A DNA stretch of 46,824 nt from a virus. Made by a program: the position numbers and the translations under genes. The DNA is taken from the IMG/VR virus record IMGVR_UViG_3300048582_000269, positions 1 through 46,824 of that record. One strand, given 5' to 3'. Under the pieces are notes generated by a model that was given only the letters and a program-made list of their open reading frames with translations, did no database searches and was not told the origin of the DNA. Positions 33,936 through 42,372 of this stretch are shown piece after piece; the stretch's first letter is position 1, and the number at the start of each line of letters is the position of its first letter.

Positions 33936-34223
33936 ATGACAAATATAAAAGAAAAAAACACAAACGGAGATGTGTATTCGCACATTAACAAGGCATTCGA
34001 TATAATCGACAAGTTCCTTCCTAAAATGTATGTGGAGAAAGTTTTAGAAAAACTTCCTGAGAATACCAAAATCACTTCAGCAATAATTAGAAATGTTAGA
34101 AACAGAACTCAACCAAATCTTACTTCAAGATTGGAGGTTGTAAATGCACTTGTCGAGGTTGCATTAGAAAATCAAAAGTACCAGGAAAAGCTAGGAAGCC
34201 TAGTTACCGAAAAAAACACTTAA
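33936..34223 (+). CDS. Early regulator in the Cro position
   Basis: 95 aa, the first rightward gene after the switch region. HTH-like segment TKITSAIIRNVRNRTQ. Confidence 0.45.
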   Translation: MTNIKEKNTNGDVYSHINKAFDIIDKFLPKMYVEKVLEKLPENTKITSAIIRNVRNRTQPNLTSRLEVVNALVEVALENQKYQEKLGSLVTEKNT

Positions 34224-34232
34224 AATTTTATT

Positions 34233-34790
34233 ATGAACGCACTAAAACTACTACCAGGAATGGCTTGCAACTCTGTCGAGTTTTTTGTACACCATTCAGA
34301 AATGAAGGCCATTCAACACGGCAAAGTAATCGACTTTACCGAACTGCCTTTTGCAACCATCGAAATCATGCAAGAGGAAATCAAAAAAAACAAAGAAGTA
34401 AACTTGGCTTTGCATGATATGCAACCCTACTCTTCTATCAAAAGAGTCGAACAATTTGCAAAATGCAGATTTGGAGGATTAGATTTTCAAGGAGACATTA
34501 AAAATAATCAGCTACAAGATGGTGAATATTGGCCTTGTCCAATGCACGGAAATTGCCCGCACGAAGGAGTGCTTTGTAAACTTCCGCTTTACAATGGCAT
34601 CCGACTAACCAAACAAGATGTGCAGCTGCTTAAGCTACTTGTTTCCAACAAAACCAACGATGTGGTTGCGGACGAAATGCGAATACCACTCGGAACCTTC
34701 CATCAAGCAAAGAAAAATCTTTACGAAAAATTAAGCATTCAAACCAAGCAGGAGGCTGCGGTAATTGCAATGAGCCTCAATATTATATAG
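34233..34790 (+). CDS. LuxR/GerE-type HTH transcriptional regulator with a Cys/His cluster
   Basis: The C-terminal LTKQDVQLLKLLVSNKTNDVVADEMRIPLGTFHQAKKNLYEKLSIQTKQEAA matches the LuxR C-terminal HTH. YWPCPMHGNCPHEGVLCK is a putative metal site. Confidence 0.7.
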   Translation: MNALKLLPGMACNSVEFFVHHSEMKAIQHGKVIDFTELPFATIEIMQEEIKKNKEVNLALHDMQPYSSIKRVEQFAKCRFGGLDFQGDIKNNQLQDGEYWPCPMHGNCPHEGVLCKLPLYNGIRLTKQDVQLLKLLVSNKTNDVVADEMRIPLGTFHQAKKNLYEKLSIQTKQEAAVIAMSLNII

Positions 34791-34835
34791 TACGTTCTTA
34801 CCCATTAATATGTTTTGCGTGTGCTTCACGCTTTG

Positions 34836-34866
34836 GCCACTCGCAGGAGTGTGGGTGGCTTTTTTT
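34836..34866 (+). terminator. Rho-independent terminator after the LuxR-type gene
   Basis: gccactcgca-ggag-tgtgggtggc (10 bp, 2 G-U pairs) followed by a run of 7 T. Confidence 0.7.
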
Positions 34867-34887
34867 AAACTAAACAAACCAATTGAC

Positions 34888-35073
34888 ATGACTCCAAACA
34901 TATCCAACGACATCATACTTGTCGAAGCTCGTATCAAACAATTTCAAGAATCGGAATTGTATACTCCGGAAGAAAAAGAAATCAAAATCAAACCTCTAAA
35001 GCTAGAGCTAGAGCGTTTGCAATTGCAACACCTAAACAAAATTGATGTCATCAACCCGGAAATAGTAAGCTAA
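34888..35073 (+). CDS. Small coiled-coil protein
   Basis: 61 aa from the Met downstream of the terminator. The track ORF from 34810 would span the terminator hairpin. Confidence 0.4.
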   Translation: MTPNISNDIILVEARIKQFQESELYTPEEKEIKIKPLKLELERLQLQHLNKIDVINPEIVS

Positions 35074-35074
35074 G

Positions 35075-37954
35075 ATGAGCTACGTAAAAGACGAACAAAT
35101 TTTTGACAGAACCAATGGAGGTCTCGACATCATTCTGTTTTATTATCCAAATGCGGCAAAAGTAGTTCATAAAGCGGCACGCCAATTCAAAATTCGCGAA
35201 TCCGAAAAAACGGCTTCTGCTTCCTTGAAACAATTGCAAGGTGGTGTTTGGGTTGTCACCGATTTTGGCGGCGATCAAAAAAGCAGAAACGGAATACAAG
35301 TATGTGCCTTTGAAGAAAACATCGCCTATGGTGAAGCTTGCCAATTGTTGGGAGCTCGCTACGGTATTGAAGGTGCAAAAATGCAAATTCACAAACCGGT
35401 GATTGAAAAACGTTCTTTGAAATCAAGTGAAACAAAAGGCGAATATAAATTCGAATTCAACGAAAAACTTTCCGATGCCGAACTAAAACTTTTAGGACCG
35501 CGAATCAACCAGGACACTTGCAACAAATATAATTTGAAGTCATGCAAAAGATTTACCTATTGCAAGGATAACGAAGCAATTGTAACAACGGCTACGGAAG
35601 AATATCCTATCCTTGTTTTTGACTTTGGTTCTTGGCAAAAAATCTATCAACCGAATTCGTTTGAAAAGCAATACCGCTTTAGATATGCCGGTACAAAACC
35701 CGAACGCCATGTTTGGGGATTGGAAGAAATCGAAAAGGAATTTAAACGCAGAAAGAAAAAACAAGAGGAAGAAGCTTATGATGATAGCGTTATTGATGAT
35801 GACGATGACACCAAAAAGAAAAAGAAATTCGACCCACGTTTAGACCGTATTTATATTGTTTCCGGTGGTTCTGATGGCATTAACCTGCGTTCGTTTGAAC
35901 AATATCCAATATGGTTCAATTCTGAAAGCGAGCATTTGAATTGGGACGAATACAAGCAACTGAAAGTTTGGACAAAGGAAATCATCTACATTGCCGACCT
36001 TGACAATACAGGCGTAAAACAAGCCGTAGAATTAGGTTTGAAATTCATGGACATCAAAATCCTTTGGTTGCCAAACAAATTGAAAACCTTCCGTGACAAA
36101 CGTGGAAATCCTCGCAAGGATTTTAAAGATTATGTAGAAGTATTTTATTCAGCCGAAAATAAGTCGTTTATAAACGGATTTAATAAACTTTCAGACAATG
36201 CTTTACCTTTTCAGTTCTGGACAGAGCATTACAATGCAACCACCAAAAAAACGCAGTACAATCTTTCCAACACGCGACTGTATCATTTCCTTTCGAACCT
36301 TGGATTTGGCAGATACGAAGGCGAAAACTTTAAAGATGGTTTCATCTACGTAAAAAAAGACGGTTCAATTATTCGAGTATTGGAACCATACAAAATTGAA
36401 AACTTTGTACATGAGTTCCTGGAAGAGCGAGGTATGAGTCCTGACCTGCGAGACTATGTTTACAAGTCGCCACAATTGGGTGACAGATCATTGTCGAAGC
36501 TTCCGAAGTTGACCATTGATTTTACCGATGCTGATAGAGATACGCAGTATTGGTTTTTCAACAAAAAAGTTTGGAAAATCACAGCTGAAGAAATTACCGA
36601 ATACAAACAAGGCGAAGTAGACAAGTTTGTTTGGGAAGATAAAATCATCGATTTCGAAATTCGTTTGGAAGACCCGCATTTTGATATTCATAAAGACGAA
36701 TCCGGAAACTATGATATCAAAATCAATGTAGATGATAATATGTTCTTGAACTATTTAATCAACACATCGCGGGTGCATTGGCGTAAAGAATTGGAAGATT
36801 ATTTTGAAACCAAAACACCAAAGGAAGCCGAAGAGTATTTCGCAAAGCATCAGTTCAATATAGAAGGACCAAATTTAACCGAAGATGAACAACACGAGCA
36901 GAAGCTCCACCTGATCAATAAGATTTATAGCATTGGCTATTTGCTCCACAAATACAAAAACTACAACAAACCTTGGGCAGTTTTTGCAATGGACAACAAA
37001 GTGTCAGATTTGGGAGAGAGCCACGGTGGAACCGGTAAATCGTTGTGTTATTCGTTCTTGAACAAAATTTTGAAACGCCGGGTATATCTAAAAGGTAGAG
37101 ACCCAAAGTTGACACAAAACGACTTTATCTATCATGAGGTGACAGAAGATACAGACTATGTGTTGATAGATGATGCTACGCAGTACTTGAACTTTGATTT
37201 CTTCTTTTCAGAAATCACCGGTTCATTGAAAGTGAACCCGAAAAACGGTAGTCCGTTTGAGATTCCTTTCGAAAAGTCTCCAAAGTTTTGTTTCACTTCC
37301 AACTTTGCATTGCGAAATGTAGATCCATCAACAGCTCGTCGTTTGTTGCTATCGGTTTTCTCCGATTATTATCATTCCAATGATGATGACGAATACAAAC
37401 AAGTGCGAAAAGTATCAGACGATTTTGGAGGTAAAAACTTGTTTACCGATTTCGATTGGAAACAATACAACTACTTCTACAACTTCTGCAGCCAAGCCAT
37501 TAGGTTTTACTTATCGGTTTCCGAAAAGATGAATCCGCCAATGGACAACGTAACCAAACGTCAACTGCAGGTTGAAATGGGTGATGCATTCATGGGATGG
37601 GCTGATGCATTTTTTGCTACACAGCACCAGGAAGGAACTTACAAATATGTAAACGATTTTGTTTCCAAAGAATTTGCCTTTGAAGAATTTATCAAAGCAA
37701 CATCGCAAAAGAAATGGAGCCAAAACAAGTTCAAAAAAGCATTGAAAGCCTATTGCACTTGGAACGAATGGGTGTTTAATCCAAAAGAGCACCACAATTC
37801 GGGAAGCCGAATTATTAAAACCATTGACGGAAAAAGTGTGGAAGTATTCTACTTAGACACCAAAAATGCCGAGCAAATATCAAAAGTAGAACAAATAATT
37901 CAAGACGAATTGCCCGACGGATTATTTGACGATGAGAAAACCATATTTGATTAA
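35075..37954 (+). CDS. Bifunctional primase-helicase (Toprim-like region plus a D5/P4-type P-loop NTPase)
   Basis: 959 aa. IYIADLDNTG is a Toprim-like DxD. Walker A is GESHGGTGKSL and Walker B is DYVLIDDA. Confidence 0.8.
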   Translation: MSYVKDEQIFDRTNGGLDIILFYYPNAAKVVHKAARQFKIRESEKTASASLKQLQGGVWVVTDFGGDQKSRNGIQVCAFEENIAYGEACQLLGARYGIEGAKMQIHKPVIEKRSLKSSETKGEYKFEFNEKLSDAELKLLGPRINQDTCNKYNLKSCKRFTYCKDNEAIVTTATEEYPILVFDFGSWQKIYQPNSFEKQYRFRYAGTKPERHVWGLEEIEKEFKRRKKKQEEEAYDDSVIDDDDDTKKKKKFDPRLDRIYIVSGGSDGINLRSFEQYPIWFNSESEHLNWDEYKQLKVWTKEIIYIADLDNTGVKQAVELGLKFMDIKILWLPNKLKTFRDKRGNPRKDFKDYVEVFYSAENKSFINGFNKLSDNALPFQFWTEHYNATTKKTQYNLSNTRLYHFLSNLGFGRYEGENFKDGFIYVKKDGSIIRVLEPYKIENFVHEFLEERGMSPDLRDYVYKSPQLGDRSLSKLPKLTIDFTDADRDTQYWFFNKKVWKITAEEITEYKQGEVDKFVWEDKIIDFEIRLEDPHFDIHKDESGNYDIKINVDDNMFLNYLINTSRVHWRKELEDYFETKTPKEAEEYFAKHQFNIEGPNLTEDEQHEQKLHLINKIYSIGYLLHKYKNYNKPWAVFAMDNKVSDLGESHGGTGKSLCYSFLNKILKRRVYLKGRDPKLTQNDFIYHEVTEDTDYVLIDDATQYLNFDFFFSEITGSLKVNPKNGSPFEIPFEKSPKFCFTSNFALRNVDPSTARRLLLSVFSDYYHSNDDDEYKQVRKVSDDFGGKNLFTDFDWKQYNYFYNFCSQAIRFYLSVSEKMNPPMDNVTKRQLQVEMGDAFMGWADAFFATQHQEGTYKYVNDFVSKEFAFEEFIKATSQKKWSQNKFKKALKAYCTWNEWVFNPKEHHNSGSRIIKTIDGKSVEVFYLDTKNAEQISKVEQIIQDELPDGLFDDEKTIFD

Positions 37955-37956
37955 TC

Positions 37957-38154
37957 ATGTACAGCTATTTAGAAATAGAATTTATTTGGAAGAACGTAAA
38001 CACATGGGAAGAATGGGATTTGGTTTGCAACACATTCTCCTGGTTGTTCGATGACATAGAAGTATCAAGCTGCTATGACGAATACAGACAGCAGCATTTT
38101 CAAGAAACATCATTAAAAGCACTACAAAGACTAGAACAAAATGGAAAAGCATAA
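37957..38154 (+). CDS. Hypothetical small early protein
   Basis: 65-aa ORF packed against its neighbours. Confidence 0.4.
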   Translation: MYSYLEIEFIWKNVNTWEEWDLVCNTFSWLFDDIEVSSCYDEYRQQHFQETSLKALQRLEQNGKA

Positions 38155-38623
38155 CATCATACAAGTACGAGCTTCGATTGTTCAGGCAAGCAGAAGCGAT
38201 GTTTTTGATGGCGAAGGAATTCCTCTCGAAAACAAACTATTGGTTTTAAAAAATCCTTTTACTAAAGTAATCGAAGGGATGTATCGCATTGGAGGAACCG
38301 ACCGCTATGATATTATTGAATTGATCAACGGATTGAGTAAAAGTCAGTTTTTTAAACTGAGTGAAATTCAAAACGAAACCGACTTTCAGTTCAAGCTATT
38401 TCTTCGTCCTGCAGATGATTTTGATTTGTTCTACACGCCTAGTTTTCAAAAAAACAATGTGCTGCATTATGTAAAGCCTTCTGTCAATGCAATTGTAGGT
38501 CCGCTTTACACTGGCGAATTCAGCGATAAAAACGCACTTCGCAACCATATAGAAAATCAGACAATCTATGTGCCATTCAAAAAACAATTATTCGAACCCA
38601 TTAGTAAACAAAAAACCGCTTAA
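38141..38623 (+). CDS. Hypothetical early protein
   Basis: 160-aa ORF. Confidence 0.5.
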   Translation: MEKHNIIQVRASIVQASRSDVFDGEGIPLENKLLVLKNPFTKVIEGMYRIGGTDRYDIIELINGLSKSQFFKLSEIQNETDFQFKLFLRPADDFDLFYTPSFQKNNVLHYVKPSVNAIVGPLYTGEFSDKNALRNHIENQTIYVPFKKQLFEPISKQKTA

Positions 38624-38625
38624 TC

Positions 38626-38826
38626 ATGAAAAAATTAAAATTCCTTTTGGTCATTGAGGCATTTGTTATGTTCATAACAGCCTTATTCAACTTGATTTTT
38701 TATTTAAACAATCAAGAATTTGGTATTGAGATATATATAATCATGGCAGTAATGGTGCTGTTTTCATCATTAATTACTATGTATATTCTTGAGCCTATTC
38801 AAAAAATAATCAACAACAAATCTTAA
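38626..38826 (+). CDS. Small two-TMD membrane protein
   Basis: 66-aa hydrophobic ORF. Confidence 0.45.
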   Translation: MKKLKFLLVIEAFVMFITALFNLIFYLNNQEFGIEIYIIMAVMVLFSSLITMYILEPIQKIINNKS

Positions 38827-38831
38827 ATTTT

Positions 38832-39152
38832 ATGAACACTACCCATTATTTCATTCACCTTAGTTACTGTACAGCAACTAAGAACAAATTGCAGAACGAC
38901 GTTCGCGACTATTTAAAGTCACTTGATGGCAAACTTGTGACAGCAGAAGAAACAGTTACGGCACAAGAAAAGATTATCGAACACATTGAAGCTTTAAACA
39001 AGAAACATTCCAAATGCACTCCTTTAAAAGTGTATTTCTGGAACCACATAGAAGGTCGTCCACTTTCGCTTTCAGGCTTCGGGTCGGTAACATTCCACCT
39101 TCGTCCGGCAACCCTAACTCATATTTCATCATTAACTCCAACAACCGTTTAA
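38832..39152 (+). CDS. Hypothetical early protein
   Basis: 106-aa ORF. Confidence 0.45.
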   Translation: MNTTHYFIHLSYCTATKNKLQNDVRDYLKSLDGKLVTAEETVTAQEKIIEHIEALNKKHSKCTPLKVYFWNHIEGRPLSLSGFGSVTFHLRPATLTHISSLTPTTV

Positions 39153-39153
39153 A

Positions 39154-39390
39154 ATGAAAAAATTAAAAACAATTTTCTGCGAAGCTTTCAACGATCTAAA
39201 AGGAACCAATGTTCATCACCTAGACGAAATTCACACAGCCACGTTCAAAGGACGTGAGCTGTTTAACATCTGCGATATTTATGCCGGGAGAGCCGAGCAT
39301 GAATACGGAAGAAAAAACAGCCGCAAAGCTTTTACCAAAGGTTTGGTTCTTGGGTTGGTAGTAGGTTTGATAATTTTAATATTTCTGTAA
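39154..39390 (+). CDS. Small protein with a C-terminal TMD
   Basis: 78 aa ending GLVLGLVVGLIILIFL. Confidence 0.45.
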   Translation: MKKLKTIFCEAFNDLKGTNVHHLDEIHTATFKGRELFNICDIYAGRAEHEYGRKNSRKAFTKGLVLGLVVGLIILIFL

Positions 39391-39391
39391 C

Positions 39392-40030
39392 ATGAAATTC
39401 ATCCCAATATTATTCAGCACATCAATGGTTCAAGCCATTTTAGCTGGTAGAAAAACACAAACCCGAAGAACTAGAGGTTTGAATAAAGTAAACGAGCAGC
39501 CTAGCCTTTGGAAATTTGAAGACACAGCTATAGCACCATATACCGAAGATCCTCTTTTTTACTTTAAATGTGATGAATATGAAAAACATGTTCTTATCAA
39601 TTCACCTTTTGGTAAAGCTGGGGATGTTCTATGGGTTCGTGAGAGTTTTTTAATAAACCCTATTGGGCAGACCCCATTTTTATACAAAGCATCTTCAACT
39701 ATTTCAAAATTTTTAAAATGGAAACCCTCCATCCACATGCCAAAAGAAGCAGCTCGCATTTTCCTGAAGATAAAAGATATTCGTGTGGAGCGGTTATTTG
39801 ATATTTCTGAAAGCGACGCAATTGCTGAAGGAATTGATGCTGTAGACATAAGAGATGGTTCTATTCTTTACAAAGATTATAGAAAATATCGTCCTAATAT
39901 TTTGAGAGATCCAAATAAGTCATTTTTGTCTTTATGGGAAAGCATCAATGGAGTTGATTCGTTAAATGACAACCACTGGGTTTGGGTAATTAAGTTTGAA
40001 AGAATTGAAAAACCTGAAAACTTTGTGTAA
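39392..40030 (+). CDS. ASCH/PUA-like domain protein
   Basis: ILFSTSMVQAILAGRKTQTRR...GDVLWVRESF...KPSIHMPKEAARIFLKIKDIRVERL...SDAIAEG matches a pattern common in phage ASCH-like proteins. Confidence 0.5.
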   Translation: MKFIPILFSTSMVQAILAGRKTQTRRTRGLNKVNEQPSLWKFEDTAIAPYTEDPLFYFKCDEYEKHVLINSPFGKAGDVLWVRESFLINPIGQTPFLYKASSTISKFLKWKPSIHMPKEAARIFLKIKDIRVERLFDISESDAIAEGIDAVDIRDGSILYKDYRKYRPNILRDPNKSFLSLWESINGVDSLNDNHWVWVIKFERIEKPENFV

Positions 40031-40335
40031 TGAAACTCTACGAACCATCCAACGGAACCGAAGGAGAGATATTTATGGAGAAGTTTTGCTACCAATGCAA
40101 AAACGAATTGTTTATCCATACCAATAACGAGAGCCACCATAAGTGCGATATTCTGAATAGAGCATTAACCTATACCAGATATGAACCCGATTATCCAAAA
40201 GAATGGGTAATAGAAAATTCCGAACCAACTTGCAAAGCTCACATAAAACATCAATGGCTTGATGAAAATAACGAGATCAAAGAATACGAGGAAATCATAG
40301 AAGATCCTAATCAATTAAAACTATTTGATTTATGA
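40030..40335 (+). CDS. Cys/His-rich small protein
   Basis: 101 aa with CYQC...HKC...CKAH spacing that suggests a zinc site. Confidence 0.45.
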   Translation: MKLYEPSNGTEGEIFMEKFCYQCKNELFIHTNNESHHKCDILNRALTYTRYEPDYPKEWVIENSEPTCKAHIKHQWLDENNEIKEYEEIIEDPNQLKLFDL

Positions 40336-40514
40336 ACCTATCAGCAACATACACCGGAACCTCCTGCGAGTTTTGGAAAACAGGCAAGACCTATGACATC
40401 ACCATCAACAACAACTCAATGATGGTTTACAGAGCCGGAACAAGCATTAAAAAAGTTTACCGCAGCTTGAGTGATTTTTTTAAAGATTTTAATAATGTAA
40501 TTGTCAAGCCATGA
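40332..40514 (+). CDS. Hypothetical small early protein
   Basis: 60-aa ORF with 4-nt overlaps on both sides. Confidence 0.4.
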   Translation: MNLSATYTGTSCEFWKTGKTYDITINNNSMMVYRAGTSIKKVYRSLSDFFKDFNNVIVKP

Positions 40515-40750
40515 ATCTAACAGAAACACGATTTTCAGAAGCTCGAAGATTATATGGAGAAACCCGTGGAGCTTTCTTTGTTCTAACTGCAACAAACGAT
40601 GGTGAACAATGGAAATTAACAATACCATCGGTCCAGGAGACTTATATTGGCGACATTAATTTCGTTCTGCAGAAATATATCCTTTACGTGGAAAACAATC
40701 GCGAATTAGCTGGGAAGAATTTAAGAAGCAAGAAATACAAACTATTTTAA
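40511..40750 (+). CDS. Hypothetical small early protein
   Basis: 79-aa ORF. Confidence 0.45.
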   Translation: MNLTETRFSEARRLYGETRGAFFVLTATNDGEQWKLTIPSVQETYIGDINFVLQKYILYVENNRELAGKNLRSKKYKLF

Positions 40751-40761
40751 TAAAATTAACC

Positions 40762-41040
40762 ATGCCAAAACTCAATAAACAATACACATTAGAAGTCACA
40801 GTAGAGCAGTTCCTAGAGGCCTGCTCCTTGACAGAGCTGCAAGAGATAGATTTATTATTAAATAGATTTATCCAATATAAAATCCACACTTCCTCCATAA
40901 AAAATGAGGAACAAGCATTTGATCAAAAATGGGAAGCTTCTAGAAATAAATTTCGACAAAAGATGGAAGATGCCTCTTGGTTGAAGAAAATGAAAGATGA
41001 ATATGAAAAAACGCTACCAGAAAGCTCCGAGAATCAGTAA
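40762..41040 (+). CDS. Hypothetical small early protein
   Basis: 92-aa ORF. Confidence 0.45.
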   Translation: MPKLNKQYTLEVTVEQFLEACSLTELQEIDLLLNRFIQYKIHTSSIKNEEQAFDQKWEASRNKFRQKMEDASWLKKMKDEYEKTLPESSENQ

Positions 41041-41166
41041 ATGGAATCAGGCACCATCTTTTACAGTCAATTGCATTAAAGAGATGGAAAAAATTACAGG
41101 ACAACCTATACCAAGTGATTTAAAAGAGATAATGAAGAAAGTCGCTAACGCATATAAATAACAACT

Positions 41167-41400
41167 ATGAAACCAAACGAAACATTCATCCAATGGAAAG
41201 GCACGGACGTCTGTATGGACTTTCGATGCGAATGCGGGCATGCAAATCACTACGATGGCTATTTTGCCTACAACATCAAATGCGGCCACTGTGGGAGTGT
41301 GTTTGAACTCGGAACACAAGTAACAGCTACTAAGGTTGATAACAAAAGACCCTATTTAGAACCAATGCAAGATCCCGAAGATGAAACGACCAATATTTAA
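41167..41400 (+). CDS. Zinc-ribbon small protein
   Basis: CMDFRCECGH...KCGHCGS provides two CxxC-like pairs. Confidence 0.5.
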   Translation: MKPNETFIQWKGTDVCMDFRCECGHANHYDGYFAYNIKCGHCGSVFELGTQVTATKVDNKRPYLEPMQDPEDETTNI

Positions 41401-41578
41401 CCAGGACGATCGCCAAATAATAATTGAAGACGACTCATATTTTGCCAGTAGAGCAAAGCTCCACATCGCAGTCAAAAAATTTGAACGTGACATCGCCAAT
41501 ACTCGCGTATTTAAAAAAATTGAAAATTTTTTCTTGAATATCGCACAGAAATTAAACCAACTTATTAAATCAATTTAA
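41381..41578 (+). CDS. Hypothetical small early protein
   Basis: 65-aa ORF. Confidence 0.4.
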   Translation: MKRPIFNQDDRQIIIEDDSYFASRAKLHIAVKKFERDIANTRVFKKIENFFLNIAQKLNQLIKSI

Positions 41579-41587
41579 TTTATAACC

Positions 41588-41866
41588 ATGAAAATCACAG
41601 CAACAATCAAACGCATCAAGCCGGTGCAAACCGTAGGAACCAACAACTTCAAAGTTCAAAAAATTCACGTTGTCACAGAAGAGCAATATAGCCAAACGTT
41701 GGAGATCCAATTTGTCCAGGATAAAACAAGCCTTCTGGATAACTTCAAAGAAGGCGACAAAGTAACCATCGACGTGAACCTCAAAGGTCGTGAAGCTACA
41801 AAAGCCGATGGAGAGATAGCAGTATTCAACACCATCGATGGTTGGAAGATTGAGAAAGCAGTATAA
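41588..41866 (+). CDS. DUF3127-like OB-fold protein
   Basis: MKITATIKRIKPVQTVG...FKVQKIHVVTEEQYSQTLEIQF...GDKVTIDVNLKGRE...DGWKIEK follows the DUF3127 pattern common in Bacteroidota. Confidence 0.6.
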   Translation: MKITATIKRIKPVQTVGTNNFKVQKIHVVTEEQYSQTLEIQFVQDKTSLLDNFKEGDKVTIDVNLKGREATKADGEIAVFNTIDGWKIEKAV

Positions 41867-41890
41867 TACCACAAAACAGTTAACCCATTA

Positions 41891-41915
41891 AACCTCTCCT
41901 TGAGAGGTTTTTTTA
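41891..41915 (+). terminator. Rho-independent terminator ending the early operon
   Basis: aacctctc-ctt-gagaggtt followed by a T-run. Confidence 0.8.
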
Positions 41916-42034
41916 TGTCTTATTGTCACGTTCCGGAGCTGCTTTATTACAAAATTCCTTTCTCTGAACGACACACCTCAAAAGCACGTTTTTTCCGACA
42001 CGTTTTTCCCCTACCCCCCATCATAAAAATAAAC

Positions 42035-42279
42035 CACTAAAAAAGTGTAATTTTGTAATCTCTGGCGGTATGCCTTGAAAACACTAGGAAAATAGATTAC
42101 AATTAATTTGTAATTTTGTAATTGAAATTACAAAAAAAATGTAATTTAAAAAGAGCGTACAAAAATACATTTCCTTAAACAGGCAAAATTACAATTTCAC
42201 TGTACGACCAAAACCCCTTATTTTATAGTACTTCGCAACGCATAAAAAGTGAAAATTACAGAATTACACTTTTTTAGTG
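42035..42279. repeat. 245-bp segment bounded by perfect 18-bp inverted repeats and filled with TGTAAT/ATTACA iterons
   Basis: cactaaaaaagtgtaatt (42035-42052) is the exact reverse complement of aattacacttttttagtg (42262-42279). The 14-mer TGTAATTTTGTAAT occurs at 42046-42059 and 42109-42122. Confidence 0.85.
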
Positions 42280-42306
42280 AACTTTTGACTTATTTCAAAA
42301 TACTAC

Positions 42307-42323
42307 TTTTACTTTTTAGTACA
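42307..42323. promoter_or_regulatory. Imperfect copy of the switch-region operator (TTTTACTTTTTAGTACA)
   Basis: 15 of 17 positions match TTTTACTTTTTAGTAAA. Lies 50 nt upstream of the fibre operon start. Confidence 0.4.
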
Positions 42324-42372
42324 TTTTATTTGACTATTTTGTAATATTTTTTTATATCTTCGTGTAAACTTT

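Noticed and set aside
33860-34075. A 71-aa - strand ORF across the switch region, and a 113-aa - strand ORF at 35051-35392.
   Set aside because: The first spans the operator/promoter repeats and the start of the Cro-position gene. The second is antisense to the 5' end of the primase-helicase gene. Neither has supporting context.
41084-41161. A 25-aa ORF (MEKITGQPIPSDLKEIMKKVANAYK) in the 125-nt gap between 40762-41040 and 41167-41400.
   Set aside because: It is too short and featureless to support from sequence alone. It may be real in a tightly packed early operon but cannot be distinguished from chance.
41922-41929. ATTGTCAC just after the early terminator as a seventh late-promoter element.
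   Set aside because: It has one mismatch in the core and no -7-like octamer at the fixed 30-nt offset. The next ATG is 450 nt away. It is mentioned only as a degenerate copy.
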